The notes: generated from the sequence alone by a model not told the origin. A DNA stretch of 64,000 nt from an uncultured Eisenbergiella sp. (GCA_902492555.1 CABUMH010000001.1:40960-104959), one strand, 5' to 3'; positions 19,579 through 30,405 are shown, counted from the first letter of the stretch. Numbers and translations are program-made.

Positions 19579-19960
19579 CGCATCATCCGATTGATACTGA
19601 TTTATACCACAAACGCGACCAACGCAACCTCACTCTCACTCAAAGCAAGATAATAAGGTATTATCCTCCATCTATTTGTCATTTTATCATACTTCTATCA
19701 CCAATAAAAGAAATATTTAGCTTTCTTCATATATTATTACCATATTTGTCCATTTTCTGAGTTTATACAACAAATCCGTTTAATGAACATAATAGAATGA
19801 TTACTACACATACTATTTAATGATACATTAATCTTTTAGTTTCTCAATTCTATTCCAATTTCGGTATATTATTTTCATATTCACGCTTTTTTTCCGATTC
19901 CGGAATTTTTATTGCTTAAAATATAGTAATATGGTAAAATATACACTAGGAGGTGGACTA

Positions 19961-21184
19961 ATGGTAAAACGTACTGAATATCTAAAGAAGCTGGAAATGT
20001 GGCAGGACGAGCAGGTCATCAAAGTTGTTACCGGCATACGCCGTTGCGGCAAATCTACACTCCTGGAGCAATTTCAGCAACATTTGCTGAGTAAAGGTGT
20101 AAAAAATGAGCAGATCCTTTCTCTTAATTTTGAAGAATTAGAGAATGAACCCCTGCTTGATTACCAGACTTTATATAAATATCTGGTTTCCAGACTCTGT
20201 CCAAATCAAACGACATACATTTTTCTGGATGAAATTCAAAAGGTTCCTGCATTTGAAAAAGTTGTGGACAGTCTCTATGTTAAGAAACATGTTGACCTGT
20301 ATATCACCGGCTCCAATGCATATATGCTTTCCGGAGAACTAACGACGCTGCTGTCCGGTCGTTATGTGGAGATATCGATCCTCCCTCTCTCTTTCCGCGA
20401 GTATTGCCAGCTGCAGCCTGGGATTGATACGGAGGTGATCTTCTCTTCCTACCTTCAAGATGGCGGCTTCCCGTATATTGCTTCAATGAACCGGTCAAAG
20501 GAAAAAACAGATATGTATCTGGAAGGGATCTATAATACCATAATCATAAAAGATATTGAGGATAGACAAAGACGAAGGGAAGCTGATCCAAACAAACGCA
20601 GGGTAACAGATATTGCCCTCTTAAAAAGCATTGCGAAGTTTCTGGCAAGCTCTGTCGGAAATCCCATTTCGATAAAAAGTATTACAGATTATATCATTTC
20701 TTCCGGTCGTAAAGTATCGCAAAATACAATAAGCGATTATATTGAGGTATTGACCGAGGCATTTGTTTTCTATCCGGCCGAACGCTTTGATATCCTAGGG
20801 AAGCAGCTTATGAAAACTAACCAGAAATTGTATATTGTCGATCTGGGTATCCGTCGCTATCTGTTGCCGCGAAGATCCTATGACCTAGGATTTTCTCTGG
20901 AAAATGTAATCTATTTGGAGTTGCTTCGCCGCGGCTATTCGGTGAACATCGGAAAGGTCGGGAACACAGAGGTGGATTTCGTGGCAAAGAGAAATGACCG
21001 CTATCATTATTTTCAGGTAACGGCTTCTCTGCTTGAGTCATCTACCTTTGAAAGGGAAATGAAGCCTTTGCGGAATATCCGGGATAATTATCCCAAAACC
21101 ATTTTGACGCTCGACCAGATGACACCTGGCAACTATGACGGCATCGAAGTTATTAATGCCGTGAACTGGCTACTTGGAGAATAA
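19961..21184 (+). CDS. AAA-superfamily ATPase with DUF4143-type C-terminus
   Basis: Walker A GIRRCGKSTLL, Walker B YIFLDEIQ; architecture typical of COG1373-like ATPases; ORF opens at 19931. Confidence 0.7.
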   Translation: MVKRTEYLKKLEMWQDEQVIKVVTGIRRCGKSTLLEQFQQHLLSKGVKNEQILSLNFEELENEPLLDYQTLYKYLVSRLCPNQTTYIFLDEIQKVPAFEKVVDSLYVKKHVDLYITGSNAYMLSGELTTLLSGRYVEISILPLSFREYCQLQPGIDTEVIFSSYLQDGGFPYIASMNRSKEKTDMYLEGIYNTIIIKDIEDRQRRREADPNKRRVTDIALLKSIAKFLASSVGNPISIKSITDYIISSGRKVSQNTISDYIEVLTEAFVFYPAERFDILGKQLMKTNQKLYIVDLGIRRYLLPRRSYDLGFSLENVIYLELLRRGYSVNIGKVGNTEVDFVAKRNDRYHYFQVTASLLESSTFEREMKPLRNIRDNYPKTILTLDQMTPGNYDGIEVINAVNWLLGE

Positions 21185-22387
21185 TGCTTCTTTCAGATAA
21201 TTTCCGCAGGTAAAACAGATGCCTTGAGTCATCAGATTGCGGCAGACTTGCAGCATAATTATGAAAAATAAATTCGTTGGCCCCATTTAATCGGATTTCC
21301 GTATTTTGAAATTTAATAAATAATCTGGAGGTAAAGTTTCCAAGATAATCAGACAACTGGACGGGGATGAGTATGTACCTCCGTCCAGTTCATATGACAG
21401 ACTTACTGAATCGGCCCGCCCCGGTTTATCCAGTTATCCGCCTGCTTTAACTCCCCATTTTCAATCGACAGCTTCAGAAAGTGTATCAAATTAGCAGTCA
21501 GCCTTTACTTTCAGCACGTCCAAAAAATCGGCCTCCGTAAAGGTATTTTCTTTTATCAACAGGAAAAGAATCATCTCCTTCCTGGGCAACCTTAAGGCCG
21601 ATGTAATCTATCAGGTTTTCAATATTAACCGTTGCGATGACCAGGATATAATCCCTACAATCCTGCCGGCAATCTCAAAAACTGACCGTTTAATATAGCC
21701 CTGATTGGCATGAAAATGCGGCCCTGCCAGCTTCGGAAGCGGCTATTTGCGCAATCCTTCTTACGGTACCGGAACGCGTCACCTCCCGGAACCAGTCCTC
21801 TACCACTTTAAAACAGTTTGTGGATTTCCCCATTTAACATCCACAGCCGGAATATATCAGTATCCGCCCGTTATACAAAACCGGGGTATATTTTATTACA
21901 CCTCGGCTCTCTGTCTGGCATCACTGAGACGTAAATTCTAGCGAGCAGTTCAGATGGTGTAAATACCATCACTTTACTCTTTGAAAAGTCCATCACGTTT
22001 CTTGTGATAATATAGTCGGCGTGAATCCTCTCTGTAGTATCACATTGAACCGTATCTTCAAAGTCAGCCCACTTCCGCGCTAATAATTCCCATCAATTTC
22101 ATTATATTTACATTTATCCAAAACCGTCAAATGGGTGTAGATTTGTTTGCAAGCACTATCTGGCACGAGAGGACAGGAAGTACGTCATTTGCCGGGCGGT
22201 TCGTCCGACTTGATCCACCGCTGTTTTTGTCCTCTCGGTCGTATGTGGGAACATATCTATAATTTATATTCTCCATAAAATATTAGCTAAAATAACTTAC
22301 CTATAAATTCTAGTAAAAAACTATAATGACACCATTTCATTTTTGTATTCATGAAATGATGTCGTTATTTAAAAATAAAATCACTCA

Positions 22388-23029
22388 TCATATAGAAAAA
22401 ACTTCATCTATAATCTCAAACAATCTGTCGGTTTCTATATCGCCATTAAATAAAACTAATGCTACTGTACTTGTATACTCTGGCAACTTTTTATTAATAT
22501 ACCATAGCAACCGATGATTCAAAAAATCTTCACACAATTTTTGCACATTTATTGAGGTTGCTTCCATACTATATCTCATTTTATCTGGGTGCTTACATGG
22601 ATGATTAATTTTACACTGACAAGGCTTACAAAGCCTACAGCTTCCACTTAATAAGGAGTATCCATCTGTATATGCTTCTATAATTCGGGCATATTTTTCA
22701 ATAAGTGATTTCAAAGTAACATTTGCAGCTTTTAGCGCTACATACTTATTTTTTATGTCAGCATAATCTTTCATTACTGTAGAAAAACAAATTAAATAAG
22801 CAGATGTATATTTTTTTTGTATACTTAAAAATGATTTTGAAAATGGTGGACAGCTCCATTTTCTTCCAAAATTCACACATCCTTCCTCACATTCTTTTCT
22901 TAACCGTTCCTCTTCAATATAATCACAAAGCACAGAAGTATCAGTAATCAGTTTTTCTTTTATCTTGACAGAAATTGTTCTGTTGGCCAACATCTTCTGT
23001 TTTTCTAAATATACAATTTCTTCTTCCAT
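22388..23029 (-). CDS. Cys-rich predicted metal-binding protein (DUF2284-like)
   Basis: CVNFGRKWSCPPF and CRLCKPCQCKINHPCKHP motifs; 6-nt gap after the radical SAM gene. Confidence 0.45.
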   Translation of the reverse strand: MEEEIVYLEKQKMLANRTISVKIKEKLITDTSVLCDYIEEERLRKECEEGCVNFGRKWSCPPFSKSFLSIQKKYTSAYLICFSTVMKDYADIKNKYVALKAANVTLKSLIEKYARIIEAYTDGYSLLSGSCRLCKPCQCKINHPCKHPDKMRYSMEATSINVQKLCEDFLNHRLLWYINKKLPEYTSTVALVLFNGDIETDRLFEIIDEVFSI

Positions 23030-23035
23030 ATCAGA

Positions 23036-24001
23036 TTATACCCCTGCCACTCTCCTCATTTTTCTTTGAACAGGGCATTTTTCTCCACAGCCACTAAGTT
23101 CCATTTGACGCTCAACAAACTTTCTTTCATATTTCAAATACTCCGAATGATAATAAATATCCTCTAAAGACTTGTTATAAATAGAATCCGGCTTAATTAT
23201 TCTATTATTTTCGTCAGTTAATTGAATATACTTGAATGCTTCACATCCGAATACCTTTCCATCATAACGGATGCACAGTTTATTCTTTCCGGCATAGCAA
23301 CAATAATCGGAATCCTCTCGCTGTAAAGGAATGCCAATTCTTATTTTATTATTATTGATTGCTTCAAGTTTTAACTTCAATTTCTCATTCTCATCTGTGT
23401 CCAAAACTAATTCCCCAATATTATTAGCCGCTCTTCCGTGAGGAACCAATCCCAAAAAACTAACTTTATTAACACCTGCTCTTTCTGCAAATTTTACAAC
23501 ACTATCTATTTCATCCAGATTTATTTTAGTTGGAACAAAATGAATTTCCGTATAAATACCTACATTTTGAGCTTTGTTAATACTCTCAAACACAAATTTC
23601 TGATATCCGGATGTTCCCATAAATTTATTATATGTAGTTTCATTTATAGCCGGTAAATCAAAAATTATTTTATCCACTGCTACACTATATAATTGTTGTA
23701 ATAACTCCCGCTGAATACTATCGACCCGTCCAGCAATGTTCAATATAATTCCACTAGTATAAATATATACCTTAATGCCTTTAGATTTTGCATAATGTAC
23801 AATTTCTAATAATCCGTCATGCAAAAAAGGTTCTCCACCAGAAATACTTAAAACTTCAGTATTTAACTTTGACGCACTATCAATTATTTTTTTTACTTCC
23901 GCAGTTTCTATTTTTAAAGTACAATTAATGTCAGAATTAGATGAACAATGCAAACATCTATTTGGACACTTATGTATTATTTCAATTGAAATTTGTTTCA
24001 T
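23036..24001 (-). CDS. radical SAM enzyme with C-terminal SPASM/twitch-like Cys cluster
   Basis: CPNRCLHC (Cx3Cx2C) at residues 12-19, SISGGEP glycine motif, C-terminal CCYAGKNKLC…GCEAF…CGEKCP; 4-nt overlap with the upstream HD gene. Confidence 0.8.
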   Translation of the reverse strand: MKQISIEIIHKCPNRCLHCSSNSDINCTLKIETAEVKKIIDSASKLNTEVLSISGGEPFLHDGLLEIVHYAKSKGIKVYIYTSGIILNIAGRVDSIQRELLQQLYSVAVDKIIFDLPAINETTYNKFMGTSGYQKFVFESINKAQNVGIYTEIHFVPTKINLDEIDSVVKFAERAGVNKVSFLGLVPHGRAANNIGELVLDTDENEKLKLKLEAINNNKIRIGIPLQREDSDYCCYAGKNKLCIRYDGKVFGCEAFKYIQLTDENNRIIKPDSIYNKSLEDIYYHSEYLKYERKFVERQMELSGCGEKCPVQRKMRRVAGV

Positions 24002-25731
24002 TTTTTCGCCTCTCTATCATCTATAAAACGGCAAACGCCATATTTTTTATTTTCACAATAAGGCTTTAATAACTCCTTTATTGCTTCTGTAAGAGTAGCT
24101 GCTTTTGTTTTTTTTCCTTTTGCTTCAGTGTCTCCAGAATTTTTTATAGTCAAAGTAAACGTATTATCTTGAGAACCATGATTTATCGAAAAATCAACAT
24201 CTATCTTCTCAATACTCTTATAGTCTTCATGAACTTTGATGTGAATATGCTTTATAAAGTCAAACTCTCTTCTAGCTGTATACTGCCCATCCCTAAAAGT
24301 AGTAAGATATAGCATATATTGCTTCTTTATAATTCTTTCTATATTATCTACTAATTGGCTTCCTGAAGCATTTTGCATATCTATTTCTTCTTCATATTCA
24401 ATCTTCTTAGCATTAAAAGAATTTATTGTCAATTGTACAGCACTATTGGTTACACCCCTGTACATACTTTTCCATGATTTTCTTCCCCATTCTTGAAGTT
24501 CATCACATACAAATAAAATCATAGGAAATGTAGCAACATCAATATGATAAATATTTTCACATGTATGAGATGAGATTGCTCTTAAAATATCACGCCTTAT
24601 ATAAAACTGTCTAGCATCTTCATTATCAAATACATAATTAGCATCTGGATTATTGTCTGCTTCAATAAAATAAATAAGCATTTTATATATAATAATTGCA
24701 CTTATCATTCCATGCGAAAAATCTTCCAAAGACAATTTATATTTAAATTTATATTTATCTTGTATACTAGCATTATATTTCGCAACAAAACTATCTTCAT
24801 TGCGAACAATCACCTTCATCTTCTTACTTGCAAATGTAATAATATCAAGATTATTAGAATCTTGAGTCCCATCAAATTTTAGATTTCTATCTACATAGGG
24901 ACTTGAAATGAATGCTTCCATCATTTTCTCTGTCTTAGACAATACTTTCTTCGATTTTTCCAAAGGATAGCCCAAATCGTGGCATAACGTCATAATAGTC
25001 CACATGCTAACTTTTTCTAATATATTTATTTCACTACTAAAAGTATTCGGTGGTACCAAAACATATGCATCTGTCTGGTCGCCATTCACATCCCTATGTA
25101 TTTTAAAAAGTTCATCTTCTTTTTTTACAATTAAACAATCTCCCTTTTTTAATTCTTGTGATATTTTTTTGATGTCCTCTTGAGTCGCTTTTTTTATCTC
25201 TCCAGGCACCTCTCCTTCAAAATGGAGTGAATCAATAAGCCGATTCCCGTTTTCAGTAATATGGGTATTAGCATTTAAAATTAAATATATACCTAACAGC
25301 CATACTCTAATGACATGAAAAACATGATCTCGATAATATGCATCGCTCCCATATAAAACGCCTTCGAAATCAATATAATTTTTATGATATTCTTTTAACT
25401 TATCCATTCCATAAACATATTGACGCTTTCCATTTTCCATAAAAGGTTCCCTTTTATCAAAAAAGCGTAAACAAATAATAGATTTTTCTATTAAAATATT
25501 CCAAAGTTCATCAATTTCATCATTTATTTCATATGATAACTCGCCGGTATTCTTATCAATTCCTCTTTGTTTTAAAATTTCCAGTTTACTCTTCACGGTT
25601 CCATCAAGAGGATAGTCCAACTCCACTTCAGAGCCATTAGATTTATATTGTTTTACAATTGCTTCTTCATTAAAAGCATCACAAAATCCGATAACCTCTT
25701 TAAGCAACGTTCCATCATTAATTTTTATCAT
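23998..25731 (-). CDS. HD-domain phosphohydrolase-like protein (about 580-600 aa)
   Basis: YRDHVFHVIRV … LCHDLGYP … FVCDELQEWG consistent with an HD fold; GGAGG RBS before ATG at 25731 (ORF opens at 25809). Confidence 0.55.
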   Translation of the reverse strand: MIKINDGTLLKEVIGFCDAFNEEAIVKQYKSNGSEVELDYPLDGTVKSKLEILKQRGIDKNTGELSYEINDEIDELWNILIEKSIICLRFFDKREPFMENGKRQYVYGMDKLKEYHKNYIDFEGVLYGSDAYYRDHVFHVIRVWLLGIYLILNANTHITENGNRLIDSLHFEGEVPGEIKKATQEDIKKISQELKKGDCLIVKKEDELFKIHRDVNGDQTDAYVLVPPNTFSSEINILEKVSMWTIMTLCHDLGYPLEKSKKVLSKTEKMMEAFISSPYVDRNLKFDGTQDSNNLDIITFASKKMKVIVRNEDSFVAKYNASIQDKYKFKYKLSLEDFSHGMISAIIIYKMLIYFIEADNNPDANYVFDNEDARQFYIRRDILRAISSHTCENIYHIDVATFPMILFVCDELQEWGRKSWKSMYRGVTNSAVQLTINSFNAKKIEYEEEIDMQNASGSQLVDNIERIIKKQYMLYLTTFRDGQYTARREFDFIKHIHIKVHEDYKSIEKIDVDFSINHGSQDNTFTLTIKNSGDTEAKGKKTKAATLTEAIKELLKPYCENKKYGVCRFIDDREAKK

Positions 25732-26171
25732 ATGGCGAACCTCCATTGCAAACTTTTTCTTACTCGCTACTAACCTCAAATAATATCTGATATGCCTTAA
25801 TTTCCACAAAGTATGTGTAACTCAATTATGCCAAGCTACTCCCTAGTAACTTGGCAATTGATTACTTACTATGCAGTAATTACATACAGAATTTCATACT
25901 ATTTCCCATTATTTTATATAGCAATTTTATTTTTTTGCAATGTAATTATCAGAAAATTTCTCTCTATTTCAAAAAATTCGGTAAAAATTCTGCAGTCAAA
26001 ACAAACTTAAAATCGAAATCACTTTTTTATTCTATATCAGATATTTTTATGTGGAGTATCAAGATAAGATGCTAGTTTTATTATAGCAAAATGAGGAATT
26101 TATTACAATCATTTTGCAGCGAAAAACTAGCAATAATCCAAGCAATTCAGACCATACGACCGTTCTGTTAT

Positions 26172-27960
26172 TTACCTCCCCACATCTACCTTCGCCCCAG
26201 ATTTAAATTCCACCTCAAACCGCTCATCGTAAACCGTGACCTTCTCAATCAGCCGCCGTACCAGCAGTTCATCATACTCCGCGACCTCGGTAGGTTGCTG
26301 TTCCAGAAACTCCCGCATCTCCCTGATTCGCTGTTTCAGTCCTTCCCGCTCGGCGCTCTCCACCAAGGCATTCTGCTTCAATTCCCGCAGCCTGTCAATC
26401 TCATCTGCAACACTGTTATAATCCTTTTTCGAATTCGCCAGTTTCAGAAGTTCCTTTTGCAGTTCCAGCAGCTTGGTCTCAATCCCTTCCGATGAGGTTT
26501 CATCCTCCTGCCGGATCACCGCTTCTATGTTCTCCTGGAGAGTGGCCATCATGTTTTCTCTGTTGCCAAGCGTAAGGTTGATCGTCTGCACCACCGCCGC
26601 CTGCAAATCTCGCTCCTGAATAGTTGGTGCATCACAGGCGGTTGGTCCATGTTCCACACGGGTACAACACCGCCACACTATGGAATGTTTTCCACGGTTA
26701 TTCCATGCGATCCGCCGGTAAATCTCGCCGCACTTCGAGCAGTAAACAATGCTGGATAAGGCATACTTGCCGCTGTAAACCCTCTTTTTTCAGTAGGCTC
26801 CACTGTGGAGGTTCGCCCGCCGGATCATTTCCTCCTGTACCTGCATATAAAGGTCATGAGGAATAATGGGCTCATGGCTAATTTCCACATAATACTGTGG
26901 GACAATCCTCTTGTTCTGCACCCACTTTTTATTAAGGAAATCAACGGTATAGGTCTTCTGTAAAAGGGCATCTCCGATGTACTTTTCATTCTGCAGGATC
27001 TTCTTCAGTGCTTCCAGACGCCACTTCGTTTTTCCTTCCCCGGTAAGAATGCCGTCTGCTCCCAGGCCACGCCCGCTCTGGAGTAGGTTTGCCCCTTCCA
27101 GGTACTCCCGGTAGATCCGCTTTATCACTTCCGCCTCCGCAGGCTCTATGACTAGGTTTCCTTCTTCATCTTTTGTATAGCCCAGAAAACGGTTGTGATT
27201 GATCCGGACCTCCCCATTCTGGAAGCGGTACTGCAATCCGATTTTCCTCGATGGCCGTTTCCAGTTCCTCGCCTTTTAGCAGTCGGGGTTGATCATTCAA
27301 TCCCCGCAGGCTTTACAAAAGAGGACGCAGCACCATCTGATGTCCAAAGACCAGCTTATTCATCATGGTAACAAACGCCAGTTTCAGGGCATCATCCGTG
27401 ATATATTTCTGCGAACAGCTTTCTTTATCTTTCAGATGATTGGCACAAGCCCAAGCCACATATTGGCCGCTGGTTTTATAGCGCATCCGTCTTTTATATT
27501 AGTTGCCGCATTTTCCACAGCAGATCCGGCCGGAAAAGCCATACCGGTTCTGGTATCTCCCGGTGTCATGGCCATTTCCTTTTTCACGCCCCGCTGTTTC
27601 AAAACCACATTGGCCAGTTTAAGCTCTTCCCCGCTGATAATTGCTTCATGGTGGTCCTACATTAGGTACGGATCAAGCTCTCCCCGGTTCTGATGGCGGT
27701 TAAAGCTGCTGTCCGTATAGGTCTTCTGGAACAGAACATCACCCGTATACTTTTCATTCCCGATGATGGCGTTGACGGTACCCGGTGTCCAATGTCCACC
27801 CTTTTTGGCAGCAACGCCACACTCATTTAGTTCATCCGCAATTTCGTGGGTACTTTTCACCACAAGCGTGTCCGCAAAGATCTGTTTCACAATTTCTGCC
27901 TGCTCCTGTACGATCACCATTCCCCGTCCAAATTGGCATAACCATATAGCGGATAGGAAA
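26172..27960 (-). pseudogene. decayed large serine recombinase gene(s): two Recombinase-domain fragments, Zn-ribbon-like fragment and C-terminal coiled-coil, no resolvase catalytic domain
   Basis: ORFs 27657..27920 and 26790..27236 both show the Recombinase-domain signature (…NEKYTGDVLFQKTY / …[14 protein letters not shown]); 26172..26678 is a typical coiled-coil C-terminus; multiple frame breaks. Confidence 0.6.
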
Positions 27961-28205
27961 TGATGAAGGTTCCCTTCTGAGAGCGCCGCTTAATCCCCCA
28001 CTTCTCATTTTCAGAAATGGACACCGACTCGCTTTCTGCTAGGCTGCTTAAAATGGGAAACATTAATCTGCCTTGCATTTCACATATACGGAATTTTCAT
28101 CTCCCATCTCATATATTGCTAACTTGTACACCTCTAACAGTAGGCAATACAGTCTCTCTCATTCAAAGCAGGATAATATGCAGTTATCTATGATACGGAG
28201 GTATT

Positions 28206-29285
28206 ATGACCTGTTCATACATTGTAGCAATTGATAATACTTATGCCCTTATTTCTAATTTTTTACAGCAGCTATTGTTCCATGTAAAAGAAAGTGACGA
28301 AATCATTCTAATTGATGACGCATGTAATAACTTCGACACTTTAGTCTTTTTAGATAATATGGCGAATAAATACAAGCAAATTAGACTAATTCATCTTAAA
28401 CAAAAGGCGGGCTTTGGGAAAGCCAATAATATCGGAATATCTATTGCGAATGGAGATACGATAATCTTTATTAATACCGATATTTTTCTTGAATCAAAAT
28501 GCATTGATAGAATGTTAGATTTGCTTTGGTCAAGCCAAAAAATTGGTGCAGTACAGCCACTATTGGTCTATCCTCAAACAAATAAAGTCCAAAGTACCGG
28601 TCATGTCTTTTCCGATTATAGAAGTGGTCAATTGTTTTCTATGAGAAAAATTCAGGATATAGTTCTCCAACAAAATGGTATTCGTCAGGCGTTAACTATG
28701 GCTTTATGTGCAGTTAAAAGTAACGTAATTGAAGAAATAGGTGGATTTGATGAATATTATTACAATTCACATGAAGGGTTGGAATTATCCCTTAAGATTA
28801 CATTGAATGGTTACAATTGTTATTTTTGCTCAAACGCTATCGCTTATCATTGTAGTGGGGGAGCACGCAAAACCGCATTGAATGATATTTCAAAGCAAAA
28901 AGCTCATTTTTATCATAAGTGGTACAATAGTATTCAAAGCGATTTAGTAAAGTACTTAAGTTCACAGTTGAAATTGGAATACCAAGGTTCAAACTATTTT
29001 ATACTCGATTTTAGCACTTCAAACAAATGGAAGTTTATTCTCAAACAATTAAATATTCATACCGTGCAGCATCAAAAATTTCAGGAACGATTCCTTAAAA
29101 ATATTAATCTGTTCTATTGTTTACCATATTCAACTTTGAATTATGGTGGTAATTTTCTGTTCCTTTGCGATAATATGTCACAGCTTAGTGGAAATTATAA
29201 ATGGATATTATTGCGAGAACAGTATAAAGATATTATAATGGATTTAGATGGTAATTTAGTACCACTAAATTATTTAATATATTAG
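28206..29285 (+). CDS. family 2 glycosyltransferase (GT-A fold)
   Basis: IILIDDACNN (DxD-type), GFGKANNIGI…GDTIIFINTD. Confidence 0.7.
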   Translation: MTCSYIVAIDNTYALISNFLQQLLFHVKESDEIILIDDACNNFDTLVFLDNMANKYKQIRLIHLKQKAGFGKANNIGISIANGDTIIFINTDIFLESKCIDRMLDLLWSSQKIGAVQPLLVYPQTNKVQSTGHVFSDYRSGQLFSMRKIQDIVLQQNGIRQALTMALCAVKSNVIEEIGGFDEYYYNSHEGLELSLKITLNGYNCYFCSNAIAYHCSGGARKTALNDISKQKAHFYHKWYNSIQSDLVKYLSSQLKLEYQGSNYFILDFSTSNKWKFILKQLNIHTVQHQKFQERFLKNINLFYCLPYSTLNYGGNFLFLCDNMSQLSGNYKWILLREQYKDIIMDLDGNLVPLNYLIY

Positions 29286-29295
29286 GGGGATACAA

Positions 29296-30405
29296 ATGAA
29301 AAAAATTCTGTTTATGTTAAAGCATCTTTCTTTAGGAGGCGCAGAAAAAATGTTTCTGCGATTATTGAATTATATTGATTTGGAACAATATGAGGTGCAT
29401 ATAAAACTTGTTTTTGGAGATCAAATCCAAAGTATGCCACAACATTCTAATATAAAAGTATCAAGTATCTTTGCAGTCAAAAATGATGAAACAAAGAAAC
29501 TTATAAAATTATGTCCCGAAAAAATATATGATGATAATGTCTTTGAAAAATACGATATTGAAATAGCCTTTTTAGAAGGTTATCCTACCCGTATAATTAG
29601 TGCTAGTTCAAATTCCTCTTCGATAAAAGTTGCATTTATTCATACAGATTTTCGCTTTTTTCATCATTCCCTAAATGCGTTTGAAAATTGTGAATGTGAA
29701 ATGTCTTGTTATCAAAAATTTACGAAGCTGTTTTTTGTTTCTAAGGCAGCTCGTGACGGATTTCATTCTACATATCCTCTCCTTTCACCAAAGTATGAAT
29801 ATATATTCTATCCTCCTTTATCTGATAGGATGATGTCTTTCGATGAGAAATATGAGAAAATCCCCGAAGAACCTTACTTTATTACGTTAACACGTCTTGC
29901 CCCTGAGAAAGGGCTATTTAAGCTCATCGATGCCGTTAAAAAAGTAAAAGATTCCGGCCTGAAAATAAAAATTAAAATCTTTGGTATTGGGCCATTATAT
30001 AATGCTATTATGCAAAAAATAAGGCAAGAAAATTTGGATGAGTGCATATTTCTAATGGGATACTGTTCTACGCCTTATTGTGAACTAAAAAATAGTATGG
30101 GTTATATATGTCCATCCGATAATGAATCTTTTGGTATATCAATAGAGGAATCACTTTTTTTAGAGGTTCCAATCATAGCATGTCGCTGTCCGGGAACAGA
30201 AGAAATTTTACATAATGGTGATTTTGGCTTACTTGTGTCTAATAGTGCGGAAGGATTATTCGGTGGAATTTCTGAATTTATTGAAAATACAACTTTACGA
30301 TTGATTTTAAAGCAAAAAGCTATAAAAGGAAAAGATTACTGGAAGATAAAACTTTTATCTTCCAGTAATTTTGAAAAGTTATGTCTACCAGACACGAATA
30401 TCTAA
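29296..30405 (+). CDS. family 4/GT1-type glycosyltransferase (GT-B fold)
   Basis: LTRLAPEKG…FGIGP and ESFGISIEESLFLEVPII (EX7E-like) motifs. Confidence 0.7.
   Translation: MKKILFMLKHLSLGGAEKMFLRLLNYIDLEQYEVHIKLVFGDQIQSMPQHSNIKVSSIFAVKNDETKKLIKLCPEKIYDDNVFEKYDIEIAFLEGYPTRIISASSNSSSIKVAFIHTDFRFFHHSLNAFENCECEMSCYQKFTKLFFVSKAARDGFHSTYPLLSPKYEYIFYPPLSDRMMSFDEKYEKIPEEPYFITLTRLAPEKGLFKLIDAVKKVKDSGLKIKIKIFGIGPLYNAIMQKIRQENLDECIFLMGYCSTPYCELKNSMGYICPSDNESFGISIEESLFLEVPIIACRCPGTEEILHNGDFGLLVSNSAEGLFGGISEFIENTTLRLILKQKAIKGKDYWKIKLLSSSNFEKLCLPDTNI

Larger units (their letters stand above)
17250..19600 (-). mobile_element. truncated/decayed IS21-family insertion sequence (GC-rich, about 58% GC, in AT-rich surroundings)
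   Basis: istB-like ATPase intact; istA-like transposase split over two frames and lacking its N-terminal HTH region; abrupt GC shift at both edges. Confidence 0.7.

Noticed and set aside
25813-26075. Two small plus-strand ORFs (65 and 74 aa) upstream of the HD-rSAM operon, considered as possible radical SAM precursor peptides
   Set aside because: Wrong strand relative to the operon, extremely AT-rich, Phe/Ile/Tyr-dominated; no leader-core features. Kept only as a place to look for a real precursor.
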